Positions 29,417-38,089 of a DNA stretch of 64,000 bases are shown here, one piece after another. Within the stretch, counting starts at the first letter, position 1. Every line of letters begins with the position of its first letter. Below the pieces are notes generated by a model that had not been told where the DNA came from, ran no database searches, and saw nothing but the letters and a program-made list of their open reading frames with translations. The stretch spans positions 2,670 through 66,669 of IMG/VR virus record IMGVR_UViG_3300005329_000002; one strand, 5' to 3'. The DNA is from a virus. Both the position numbers and the translations under genes were made by a program.

Positions 29417-29564
29417 TCTCCTGAGTCCACCGGAAGAGTCCTGAGCCGTTCCTTGGAAAAGACTTCACTTGAAATCTTTCCGTTGCGAATGTGGCTCATG
29501 TGCCGACGATCCCCGGTCGGGATGATGATTCTCCCGTCCTTTGGAATTTCACTCTTGTTGTCGT

Positions 29565-29837
29565 TCAGTGCCGCGAGTTCGTCGGCTCGGTTACGCTTAT
29601 TTCTTGCCACTTCATCACCATCCTTCCGTTGAAATACCCTGTCGGCTCAGTCCGCAAGTGTTCAGGATCACCGAACTTCTTCTCCATTGAAATTACTTCG
29701 TCAGTGCATTCCCAATAGCCAGCGTCACCATCCTTTCTCAGAGCTTTCATGATCGCACCGACCGCTTCCGACATTTCTTCGCCTAGCTCGTCCTTGTCTG
29801 TACCCCGCGCTTCGATCCTGAATCTAGTGATGCCCAT
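29565..29837 (-). CDS. hypothetical protein
   Basis: ORF track, packing. Confidence 0.5.
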   Translation of the reverse strand: MGITRFRIEARGTDKDELGEEMSEAVGAIMKALRKDGDAGYWECTDEVISMEKKFGDPEHLRTEPTGYFNGRMVMKWQEISVTEPTNSRH

Positions 29838-30312
29838 AGAACGCCTGCCTTCGAATTTTCATTAGGAGTCGGCCCAAGTGGTTCTCACCACGATACAAGC
29901 CGTCAACAATTACTTTTCCCCAAAACGTGTCGCCCCAATTGTTCCCCTCGATCAATCGCTCGGGATAAGTGTCGAGAAGCATTTCCAAAAGCGTCTCGTT
30001 TTCCTCCGACTTTCCCAGGAACTTCTTTTTCAAAAGCGATTCCATTACGTCGATCCGCACGTTCTCCCAATCGTGGCGAAGCTCGACCTTTCGGCCCATC
30101 CGTTTTGCTGCGCCAGGAGTTTGAGCCATAGCAATTTCAGACTTCGCACCGAGGTTATGCGTCTTTGCGGCCTGAAAAGCATGTTCGACCGTCGGGAATG
30201 GAATGTTTTCTACCGTGATAGTTACCGGGTAGAAATTGGAGAGAAAGGCGTAATCGCCTGAAAAAGAGGTAATCGAGTTTTGGTAGCCAGGAACAGGAAT
30301 TTCACTACCCAT
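29824..30312 (-). CDS. NADAR (YbiA/DUF1768) family protein
   Basis: FLSNFY, TVEHAFQAAK, AKRMGR, KF, LIEGNNWGDTFWG, GENHLGRLLM.IR. Confidence 0.92.
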   Translation of the reverse strand: MGSEIPVPGYQNSITSFSGDYAFLSNFYPVTITVENIPFPTVEHAFQAAKTHNLGAKSEIAMAQTPGAAKRMGRKVELRHDWENVRIDVMESLLKKKFLGKSEENETLLEMLLDTYPERLIEGNNWGDTFWGKVIVDGLYRGENHLGRLLMKIRRQAFYGHH

Positions 30313-30406
30313 GAAACGGCACCGCCGAGTGGCATACAAAGGTGTCGCCGTCGATCACCCGATCAACTACTGCGTCAAGGTGAGTTGTCAGCAAGGCAAG
30401 TCTCAT
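30305..30406 (-). pseudogene. truncated thermonuclease (SNase) N-terminus, 33 aa
   Basis: GGAGG RBS + MRLALLTTHLDAVVDRVIDGDTFVC...; V.RVIDGDT is the SNase signature; rest absent. Confidence 0.6.
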
Positions 30407-30500
30407 CCGAAACCTCCTAGTCTATTTCCCCATCCGGGGTTGAAATTATTGGGGGCAGGCGTCTTGGAAACCTACCCCCAACGATGAGCGAACTGTGAAA

Positions 30501-30635
30501 TTAGGACTCGGACTGATCGCCGCCCTGTGAACCGCCGTCGGCTGGCGTATCGCCCTCGTCCGTGCCCTCATCGGTTCCGGGCTGCGGAGCGGTGTCCTCC
30601 TGCTCGCCCTCCGGTGGGGTCTGCTCAGTATCCAT
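30501..30635 (-). CDS. 44 aa acidic low-complexity peptide
   Basis: AAAGGGGGTGA RBS; MDTEQTPPEGEQEDTAPQPGTDEG... Confidence 0.5.
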   Translation of the reverse strand: MDTEQTPPEGEQEDTAPQPGTDEGTDEGDTPADGGSQGGDQSES

Positions 30636-30711
30636 GAATCACCCCCTTTGAAATTTTGGGGGTAGCCCTTGCTTGGAGTCGAGGAAGGGGAGTTCCTACG
30701 ATTGACACGAG

Positions 30712-31290
30712 CTACCCCCTTGTGCCGCCGTTAACAATACCACCGTTGTCAAGATTGGTCAACCGGGCACGAGCTTCTGCCGCCCATCGCTCCAAGATTT
30801 CAATTTGTAATCTGAGCGAGGCGTGAGTTTTGATCGGCGAGAAGCGAATCCGAAGAGCTTCTGACCTAGTTCGAAATTCGTATCCACGTTTGCGAAGAAC
30901 GACGTGAAGAGAATTCTGCATGCTCTTGGACGACGCATACCCGAGCGCGCCCCACAGCTTGTCTGAAATTTCCTTAAGGCTTAGCCCTGTCTCGTACAAA
31001 TCGACTATGGCTTGCAGATCGGAATTCTCGATCTTGGCTTTCATCGATTTCCGCGCTGGAATTCCGCGAGCCTCCCTATCCGCGTTTCCGACTTCAAACC
31101 GGACGAGTTCTTGAAATTCCTCAGAAACCCCCGGCGGCGGTGTTTTCAGCCACGGCTCAAAATCGCGGATCGCCCGCTCCGAAAGATTCTTTGATCCCTC
31201 GCGGCGGAGCTTTTCATATTCCCGAGTGTGGTACGCCTTTTCCATCGCGCCGTGCTTCGTCGGCGGGACGTACTTGTTTTTGGTTTTCAC
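30712..31290 (-). CDS. HTH DNA-binding protein
   Basis: IVDLYETGLSLKEISDKL...LRKRGYEFR. Confidence 0.65.
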   Translation of the reverse strand: MKTKNKYVPPTKHGAMEKAYHTREYEKLRREGSKNLSERAIRDFEPWLKTPPPGVSEEFQELVRFEVGNADREARGIPARKSMKAKIENSDLQAIVDLYETGLSLKEISDKLWGALGYASSKSMQNSLHVVLRKRGYEFRTRSEALRIRFSPIKTHASLRLQIEILERWAAEARARLTNLDNGGIVNGGTRG

Positions 31291-31535
31291 GTCACTGACT
31301 CCAAATACGAGATGCCTCGTGCTTCAAGTTCTTTCAAAATTTCTTGCAAGTCGATTTGATATCTGCCGAGCCAAGGAACAGCGACGAGAACAGGCTTGCT
31401 TGGTCGGACGCCGTGAAGGTGCCAACGATCCTTGATATGCCTACAGCGCCGCGCATCTAATTCTTCATTCTGCGCGACAAGTATAAATTGATCCCTGTAC
31501 GCGGCTACGATAAAAGTTGGTTCGGTTTTTTCCAT
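31287..31535 (-). CDS. hypothetical protein
   Basis: GGAGG RBS before ATG 31535. Confidence 0.5.
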   Translation of the reverse strand: MEKTEPTFIVAAYRDQFILVAQNEELDARRCRHIKDRWHLHGVRPSKPVLVAVPWLGRYQIDLQEILKELEARGISYLESVT

Positions 31536-32749
31536 CCCCGCCTCCAAACCATCCGAGTTTTGTAATTGAGCATAAACGGGGAGAACACCATCCCCGCCAA
31601 TAATGCTCTCCCGCTCAAACCGAAAGCATCTACCTCTCGGTTCGTGAAAAAAGATTATCACCGCTGTCAAGGGTAGGACAAGGGTGGGCAAACAGGATAA
31701 AGGATAATTTCAAAAAGCTCCCATTTCGCGGGGTTCCCTCCGTTTCGTTGACCCCTCAGAAAGCCCCCGGCTACATGCGCGTGGGGCACGAGAAGCCTTC
31801 CTGTGCATTCCTAGACCCCATGATCTATCGGGTATGGAGTCCCTTGGCACGAGAGAGAAAGCCCCCGCCTTTTTTGACGAAAAATCCTGTGTATAAGCGC
31901 CCCCGCAGTGTGACGCTGAAAAAGCCCTGCAAATTACAACTTTCCGGTGATAGCAAGATTGAAATTTATTGGGATGGTTGAGCCAAAACTCATATGCTTT
32001 TGAAATTGTATATAGCATCGATATCAAGGTTTCCGAACGACCGTTAGGGTGAGCTTTTCAGAGGGTCGATTTCAGGGAATCTGCGAAGGGATTGAAATGA
32101 AATTCTGCGGGGAGTCCTAGGGTCGAATCCCTGTTCGATCAAGTTTGAAATTCCAGGGTAGCGCTAGGGGTAGTTCTCCCTCTTCGATCCCCTTAGGTTT
32201 TTTCTACTAGTGCAGTGTGTTTGATTGCCCCGAAACAGGAACGACAAGGGTAGGGATACAGTCTGAAATCTAGGCTGCTCTAGCGGGGTTATCTCCCTAC
32301 TGTTCTAGGGGTATTCGGGTGATCCCTCGCGCCGCGAAATTGGGTCTACTTGAAATCCGGATTTTCCCTAGGCCGCATGCGGGATTATGGGTAGTTGTAA
32401 TTGAGCCCTAGCGGGCATGTTTTCGGGGTATCTGAGGGTAGGCCGTTTCTATCGACTCTTGAAATGAAATTAGAGCTTTTCTCCGCGCTATCGGAAGCGC
32501 TTGAAAACGCTCCACCCGAAAGAGGGATTAGGCGGATTTCCCTCGGTGCCGATGGGTCAAGCTCAATGGTTACTTGGCACGAGGATACGAGGATTCCCCT
32601 AGGACGCTCTGAGAGCGTTTCTAAGCCCGCGAAATGGTTCGGCCTAGCTCGACTCTTGCCTAGCCGGAATCGAAGGCTTACGCGCCGAATCAATCGCGAT
32701 TCCCTCGCGCGCGCGGACGTGGCGCGGACGATGCGCAACCCGAACTAAC

Positions 32750-32778
32750 TCGCAACCCTCTTTGAAATTTGCTACTCT
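32750..32778 (+). promoter_or_regulatory. candidate promoter of the plus-strand operon
   Basis: TCGCAA-17 bp-TACTCT with TG extension; predicted start falls at a cUUCGg hairpin. Confidence 0.45.
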
Positions 32779-32783
32779 CTGAT

Positions 32784-33090
32784 TTCCCCTTCGGGGGAAC
32801 GCGCCAGACATAGCAGGAACCGGAGCAGGGATCAACGGCGACCGATTGCTCACTAGGCCGCTAAATAGAGTCTCCGAGCGAATACCGGGAAATGCGCAAG
32901 TGAAGTGAAATTCCCTTCAGGCGGAACGAGGATTCGACCGCGCTGGAAATTGGAATTTCCCCTAGTAGATTCGGGGTAGGCCGTTCAAGTTTGAAGCTTG
33001 CGGAACCGCGCACGGTCGAAGAGGGAGAAACCGAAATCCGTACAGGCGTCTAAGAGCCGAATTCTGCTCGGGGGAGAAAAGTAACTGAAC
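32784..33090 (+). ncRNA. candidate structured leader RNA
   Basis: TTCCCC-TTCG-GGGGAA hairpin; TTCGACCG (32933-40)/CGGTCGAA (33013-20) stem; no convincing ORF; no family recognised. Confidence 0.4.
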
Positions 33091-33132
33091 GATCATTCTC
33101 AGCGTTTCACTAGCCGCTGTTCTCTTCGGCTG

Positions 33133-33470
33133 GACGCTGAGACTCAATAGAGCGATTGACCGAACCATTCCGACAGAAAGGTTCGATCATGACCCAGCGA
33201 GATTTTGAATTCATCGCTTCGATTTTGGCAGAAGCCGAAACCATGATTCACGAAGCTCACGGAGATATCGGCGCTGACCGAATCCGCAATTTCATTCGTC
33301 AGCGTTTCGAAGATGAACTAGCGAAGCGGCATCCCCGTTTCGACCGTGGCCGATTCGACGTAGCCGCTTCACCTATCGCCAATGCCGAACTACGTCAGCG
33401 GATTATCGATTCGCTGAACAAGTAAGCCCAATTCGAAATTCGGTCAATCGTTCTATTGAGTCTCAGCGTT
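33133..33470 (+). repeat. inverted repeat S2 (33133-33164 / 33439-33470), 32 bp, 2 G-U, nested in S1
   Basis: GACGCTGAGACTCAATAGAGCGATTGACCGAA / TTCGGTCAATCGTTCTATTGAGTCTCAGCGTT. Confidence 0.95.
33189..33425 (+). CDS. hypothetical protein (78 aa)
   Basis: CCGACAGAAAGG RBS; MTQRDFEFIA...HPRFDRGRF pattern common in phage early proteins. Confidence 0.75.
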   Translation: MTQRDFEFIASILAEAETMIHEAHGDIGADRIRNFIRQRFEDELAKRHPRFDRGRFDVAASPIANAELRQRIIDSLNK

Positions 33471-33492
33471 TCATCCGACAGAAAGGGAACAA

Positions 33493-34668
33493 GTGTCTAA
33501 GGAATTCCGATACGGAACCAAGCGCTACATGATCGCCGAACTAGTCGAAAACGGGCTCAATCGAATTTCCGTTTTCCAGAAGCTTCGGCCAATGGTAGAG
33601 CAGCAAATTCCGCCAATGGTTTTCAAGCGAAACGTTAAGGGTCAGGGTCGCCAGCCTAAACCGCTTTCGGAGCAATTGATTGAACTCAAAAACGAGATCA
33701 ATCGCGTGTTTGCTCTACTCGGTCATGCCGACGACGGAAGCTTGACCGCTGACGATTCCGAACCAATCGCGGACGTTGAAATTCCGGAAGAGGAAGAGCT
33801 AGAGGAAACGCAAGAGGAAGAAGAAGAAGAGCGGAAGCCCGTAGCGTCAGGGAAGGTCAAGATCAAAAACGAGCTTGAGAAATTCCTTCGGCGCGTCAGA
33901 GAAATTCGGAAGTTCTGCGAAGATAGAGCCGAGCTTTCCGAACCAATCGACTCGATTTCAATTCGTCCCGCGATGGCTGCGGGTCAATTGATTCCAGCGG
34001 GCATTCCTGCCGACGCTCTCTTGGATTCAATGACTATGCATTGGCCAAAAGACGTGCGCAGGGATGCGGGTATCTCAGACTTCGATTTCGTTTCGTTCTC
34101 GCTTGAAATTCTTGCGAAGCGCGGAATTACTGAAGTGATGGGAAAGCCTGTTCACAAGCTCTTCGGTTATGCCTTGATTCTTGCGGAGTGCCGACAACCA
34201 ATCATGTTGATCGGCCCAGCCGGAACGGGGAAGAGTCACCTAGCTAGGCAACTAGCGGATTACCTTGAAATTCCCTACAAAGAAACACCGATGAGTCCTG
34301 GCGCGACGCGCGGAGACTTGCTCGGGCGCCACACTGTAGGCGGATTCATTCCAGCCGCATTTCCTGAAATTTATGCGGGTGGCGGGATCTTCAATTTCGA
34401 GGAAATGGACGCTAGTGATTCCTCGCTTTTGATCGTGCTCAATAACGCTCTTGCGGGAAACAAGCTCTACAATTCCGCGAACGGTGAAGAGTATGAGCGA
34501 AGCGAGGATTTCATCGCAGTATCGACCGCTAACACCTTCGGCCTAGGCGCGAATCGCGACTACACTGCACGAGAGCGATTGGACGCCGCAACAATTGACC
34601 GATGGCGGATGGGTCGAATTTGGATTCCGCTGGACGAGAACGTCGAGGAATCCTTGCTCTACAACTAA
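33493..34668 (+). CDS. MoxR/CbbQ/CobS-like AAA+ ATPase
   Basis: Walker A GPAGTGKS, Walker B FNFEEMD, TANTFG.GA..Y..R..LDAATIDRW. Confidence 0.9.
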   Translation: MSKEFRYGTKRYMIAELVENGLNRISVFQKLRPMVEQQIPPMVFKRNVKGQGRQPKPLSEQLIELKNEINRVFALLGHADDGSLTADDSEPIADVEIPEEEELEETQEEEEEERKPVASGKVKIKNELEKFLRRVREIRKFCEDRAELSEPIDSISIRPAMAAGQLIPAGIPADALLDSMTMHWPKDVRRDAGISDFDFVSFSLEILAKRGITEVMGKPVHKLFGYALILAECRQPIMLIGPAGTGKSHLARQLADYLEIPYKETPMSPGATRGDLLGRHTVGGFIPAAFPEIYAGGGIFNFEEMDASDSSLLIVLNNALAGNKLYNSANGEEYERSEDFIAVSTANTFGLGANRDYTARERLDAATIDRWRMGRIWIPLDENVEESLLYN

Positions 34669-34715
34669 CCAATTAGCCGCTTGAGAACAGCGGCTAGTGA
34701 AGCGCTGAGAATGGA

Positions 34716-35830
34716 CGATTAGTTGAGCTTCACTGAGGGCTAACCTTCGGTCGAATGAAATCCGACAGAGAGGAAATTCTCGTGAAGCGAATCGTCAACA
34801 CCTTCCCTGCTAAGTGTCGCGATTGCGGCGGAATCCTTCCAAAAGGATCGACCGTAAAATGGGCTAAAGGTTTCGGGGTTACTCACCTAACGTGTCGCAA
34901 CCCTGAAATCGTCAATAAGCCAACCAATCCGCCACCTAGCGCTCAGTCAATTTCTAAGCCTGCCAAACAGTATGATCCGAATTGGGTTATCGATTGGCCA
35001 GACTTGAAAGAGACTCTTCGGAACTTCGCTTTTAAGAGTGAATTTCCGAAAGGCATGAATCAGTCACTCAAAAATTACTTTCATGGGAATTTCTCCTTTG
35101 GTAAGGAATGGACGGGTGGCGATATCGAAAACCTCAAGCGCTACATTACTGAGGGTTATCGAACTACTGCAATTCAAGGGTTGGCTGGACTTGTTCCGCC
35201 AATTCGCGAAAAGCGTAGGCTCAAATACGGGGAAGAGGGAGATGAATTCAACTACGATATTGCAATGTCCGGAGACGAAAATTACATGTCTTTTTGGACG
35301 AAAAGAGAGCAGATTCCCGGCGTTAAGCTTTCACTAGAGCTTGACGGTTCAGCGGGATCAACTGACGCTCTAATGAAATATCAACGTTGGATGGCACAAT
35401 CGATTTACGCGCTGGAAGCTGCGGGTGTCGATTGCGAGGTTGAAATCTTCACTCTTTCGCGCAATTTGTTTAGGCCGCAAGCGGCTATTGCGAGAACAGC
35501 GGTTCGAGTGAAAAACAGCGGTGAAATTGCAGACTTCGCGGGAATCTCCGCGATGTTCTCCCCGCTTGCTTTTCGCGGAATCATGTTCGGCTGTTTCTCG
35601 CTTCAAGCTCACGAAATGGGCCTAAGTCAAGTCGGCCACGGTTCAGGCGTCACTAACCGCTGGCGCTGCTATTACAATCCGGAAATTCACGCGATTGTTT
35701 CGGATTGTGATTGGCACGCAACTACGTTCCCCGAAGAGCAACATACGGAGCAATTCAAGCAAGCAATCCGCGATATGAAATCGCAAGTAGGAGACTGAGG
35801 GCTTAGCCCTCAGTAAAGCTCAACTAATCG
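34716..35830 (+). repeat. inverted repeat S3 (34716-34743 / 35803-35830), 28 bp, extendable by 9 bp
   Basis: CGATTAGTTGAGCTTCACTGAGGGCTAA / TTAGCCCTCAGTAAAGCTCAACTAATCG (one C-A); CCTTCGGTC pairs GACTGAGGG after one bulge. Confidence 0.95.
34782..35798 (+). CDS. vWA-like partner of the AAA+ ATPase, with N-terminal Zn ribbon
   Basis: CRDC...HLTC; LSLELDGSAGS (degenerate MIDAS), ALEAAGVDCEVEI, VKNSGE; adjacency to MoxR-like ATPase. Confidence 0.65.
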   Translation: MKRIVNTFPAKCRDCGGILPKGSTVKWAKGFGVTHLTCRNPEIVNKPTNPPPSAQSISKPAKQYDPNWVIDWPDLKETLRNFAFKSEFPKGMNQSLKNYFHGNFSFGKEWTGGDIENLKRYITEGYRTTAIQGLAGLVPPIREKRRLKYGEEGDEFNYDIAMSGDENYMSFWTKREQIPGVKLSLELDGSAGSTDALMKYQRWMAQSIYALEAAGVDCEVEIFTLSRNLFRPQAAIARTAVRVKNSGEIADFAGISAMFSPLAFRGIMFGCFSLQAHEMGLSQVGHGSGVTNRWRCYYNPEIHAIVSDCDWHATTFPEEQHTEQFKQAIRDMKSQVGD

Positions 35831-35880
35831 AGTGAATTTCATTGAGCGCTTCCCTAACTCTGACAGAAGGGAAACGCAAA

Positions 35881-36060
35881 ATGACACGTTCCGAATTCCA
35901 GAATCGTTGTGACGAAATCGCGACTGAGGAAGCGAATGAAAATTGGGATTCCGCTTCCGTACTTCGCAGGATCGCAGGCGAGATTGGAACGGTAGCGCTC
36001 GACTTCGACGCTGACGTTTCAATGCATGCCGATTTCGGAGAGGTTATCGAGAATGCTTAG
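35881..36060 (+). CDS. small acidic hypothetical protein (59 aa)
   Basis: GACAGAAGGGA RBS. Confidence 0.65.
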   Translation: MTRSEFQNRCDEIATEEANENWDSASVLRRIAGEIGTVALDFDADVSMHADFGEVIENA

Positions 36061-36289
36061 GGAACTCGATAGCCGCGAAAACGATCGAATTACGGTTCGG
36101 CTTTTGTGGAACGATTCCGCAAAAATCGATCCGACAGTGAGCGAATTTCAAGTGAAGGTGATCGATGCGAAAGAGGGAGAGCGTTTCTCAATTTCACTCG
36201 ATACCTTCAACGCTGCTAGGGAGGCTTATTTTCATCCCTACGGTGTCCGCGATTCGCTACTGAAAAGCGGGAAAGTAGCAGCAAACTAG
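36053..36289 (+). CDS. hypothetical protein (78 aa)
   Basis: RELDSRENDRITVRLLW...AREAYFHPY; overlaps previous stop. Confidence 0.65.
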   Translation: MLRELDSRENDRITVRLLWNDSAKIDPTVSEFQVKVIDAKEGERFSISLDTFNAAREAYFHPYGVRDSLLKSGKVAAN

Positions 36290-36929
36290 AGCGCTCCAAT
36301 TCCAGGGAAGCGCTCAATGAAATTCATTCGGCAGAAAGGGAATTCCTAACCGGGCTAGGGTAGCTACCGGAGGGTCGCCCCTGCGCGCGTATCGGGGAAT
36401 TCCATTTCAAATTTCAGAAGTATTTACCTAGGATTTCGCTGGTATTTCGCGCCAGTTTAACGTCAGAATTTCAGGATCGGAATGAACGCCGAATTGAATG
36501 CGGCGCGGTGCAAACCAACCATGCATTCGGCCAACTGAAATTCCGGAAGGTGCTGAAGCTCTGAACATGGGCCACTTGCTTTAATTTGAGCCGCAATTGC
36601 GTTCCGGTCTGATCCGCCTGGAAGGGGAAGCTTCCTGCGCTCTGCGGCGGGAGCGCGTGAGGCGATCTAGGCGCAATTGCGGCTCGGGTGAGCTATACCC
36701 CCTCGCGACGGCCTTCAAACCCCTCAGACGGGCTTAGGTGGCCTTGTGCATGCCATCCCTGCCTGCGCATTTCAACGTACAGGCACATAGGAGCCTTTCT
36801 GACGCCCTCCTAGCTCGGCTGCGGGTCAGGAGTCGCACGACTGATCGCGGAGCCTTAGAAGGGCTTACAGGCGCTCGGCGCGGCGCTCGGTTTTTCGGCG
36901 CTCGACGCATACCCCACCCAACGCAAAGA

Positions 36930-36945
36930 GCCGGGTTTCCCCGGC
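36930..36945. terminator. hairpin at convergence of plus- and minus-strand early transcription
   Basis: GCCGGG-TTTC-CCCGGC. Confidence 0.5.
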
Positions 36946-37080
36946 CCCTCGCGTTTCTCCGACAGAAACTTTGAAATTTAGTCGGCTAGCACTCCCAATT
37001 GCCTACATTGAACGCGAGCCAGTCCTGAAATGTGCGCATGTGCTGGAACGTGAACCACAGGCATTCCCACGAGTAGCGGA

Positions 37081-37410
37081 TCATGATTGAACCTCGGGGA
37101 ACTCGGGCAGAATGTAGCTCGCGTCCATTGTGTTCTTGGCCACGATTGTCAGCCCGAATTCCTCATCGAGAATTTCAAGAATCTTCACTAGCTCGGGAGC
37201 GTGAAGGTAGCTCGTCCATGCGTGTCGGCGCTCGTCCCATCGAAAGCTCTCGCCTTTCAGAAATTCCACGACTCCCGGCTCTCTGAGTCCGCCGCCGCGA
37301 ATCATCGCGAGCGGTGCGCCACTTGGAAAGCCGCGAGCGTAGATGATCTTGGTGCTGCGCTTGCCTTTGAAATTCTTTGGTGTGTTGATCTTCGTCATGG
37401 TGGCGAGCAT
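37081..37410 (-). CDS. hypothetical protein
   Basis: FLKGESFRWDERRHAW (HARP-like pattern). Confidence 0.55.
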   Translation of the reverse strand: MLATMTKINTPKNFKGKRSTKIIYARGFPSGAPLAMIRGGGLREPGVVEFLKGESFRWDERRHAWTSYLHAPELVKILEILDEEFGLTIVAKNTMDASYILPEFPEVQS

Positions 37411-37616
37411 CAGTTGAGGCTGAAAAAGAACTTGACGCCGAACTCGCGCCAGCACTCGACGTGATCGGTGCATGCGTTCGTCGGCATAAGGATTCGCATG
37501 TATTCGACATACTCGTCCGTGAGCCTGCACTGAGCGGCAATTCCCATTTCCTGCCCCTCCACTTCGACTGTCTCAAGAATCTCGATCATTGTGTTCCCCT
37601 TTCTGTCGGTAGCGAC

Positions 37617-37645
37617 AGCCTATCAAATTTCTATTCGGCTGTCAA
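37617..37645 (-). promoter_or_regulatory. sigma70-type promoter
   Basis: TTGACA-17-TAGGCT with TG extension; followed by CCGACAGAAAGG RBS. Confidence 0.8.
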
Positions 37646-38089
37646 GGGGGAATTTGAAATCAGCCATTGAAGCGTTTCCCTGAGATAACCAAGGCGAACG
37701 ATCCGCTCTGGAAGCTGGTTCATCCGATCCTTTTCAACGGCCTCTTTCATCTTGCGGATTTCACGGCGCATCGAGCTAACGAGCAGCCGTGCCTGATGAA
37801 ATTCTAGCTCGCTCACGATCCCAACCAAAGTATCACGAGGTAAGCGACCACAAGCCAGAACAGGCAGAGCCAGAGAAGAACTGTCCGCAATTCCATTAGC
37901 CCTCGTCCTTCCGGCACTCGTTCCAATACTGCCAGAGCCAGAGCGCACAAGCGAGAATTGCAATTACACGAACCGTGGTGTTGCTGAAATGCGGCCCGAT
38001 TACGTTGTGCTGCCACCAAGTGTAATTCGGGTGAATGACTTCCACGAGGTTGAAAGCGAACAGGAATGCTGCGAGCCATTTTCCCCACT

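Larger units (their letters stand above)
33094..34713 (+). repeat. inverted repeat S1 (33094-33124 / 34683-34713), 31 bp, 1 U-G
   Basis: CATTCTCAGCGTTTCACTAGCCGCTGTTCTC / GAGAACAGCGGCTAGTGAAGCGCTGAGAATG. Confidence 0.95.
35829..36330 (+). repeat. inverted repeat S4 (35829-35855 / 36304-36330), 27 bp, 1 G-U
   Basis: CGAGTGAATTTCATTGAGCGCTTCCCT / AGGGAAGCGCTCAATGAAATTCATTCG. Confidence 0.95.

Noticed and set aside
52-31435. Numerous plus-strand ORFs over structural genes
   Set aside because: Shadows of tightly packed minus-strand genes, without RBS or motifs.
31710-33168. ORFs in the divergent intergenic gap
   Set aside because: No RBS, atypical composition, and mutually overlapping on both strands.
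33094-36330. Classical integron or IS elements
   Set aside because: No integrase or transposase in the window, no attC GTTRRRY/RYYYAAC boxes or target duplications seen, and each IR pair is different.
36588-36700. Group II intron domain V/VI (GAGCCG...CGGCTC)
   Set aside because: Perfect stem without the catalytic bulge, a 70 nt loop, and no RT/maturase gene.
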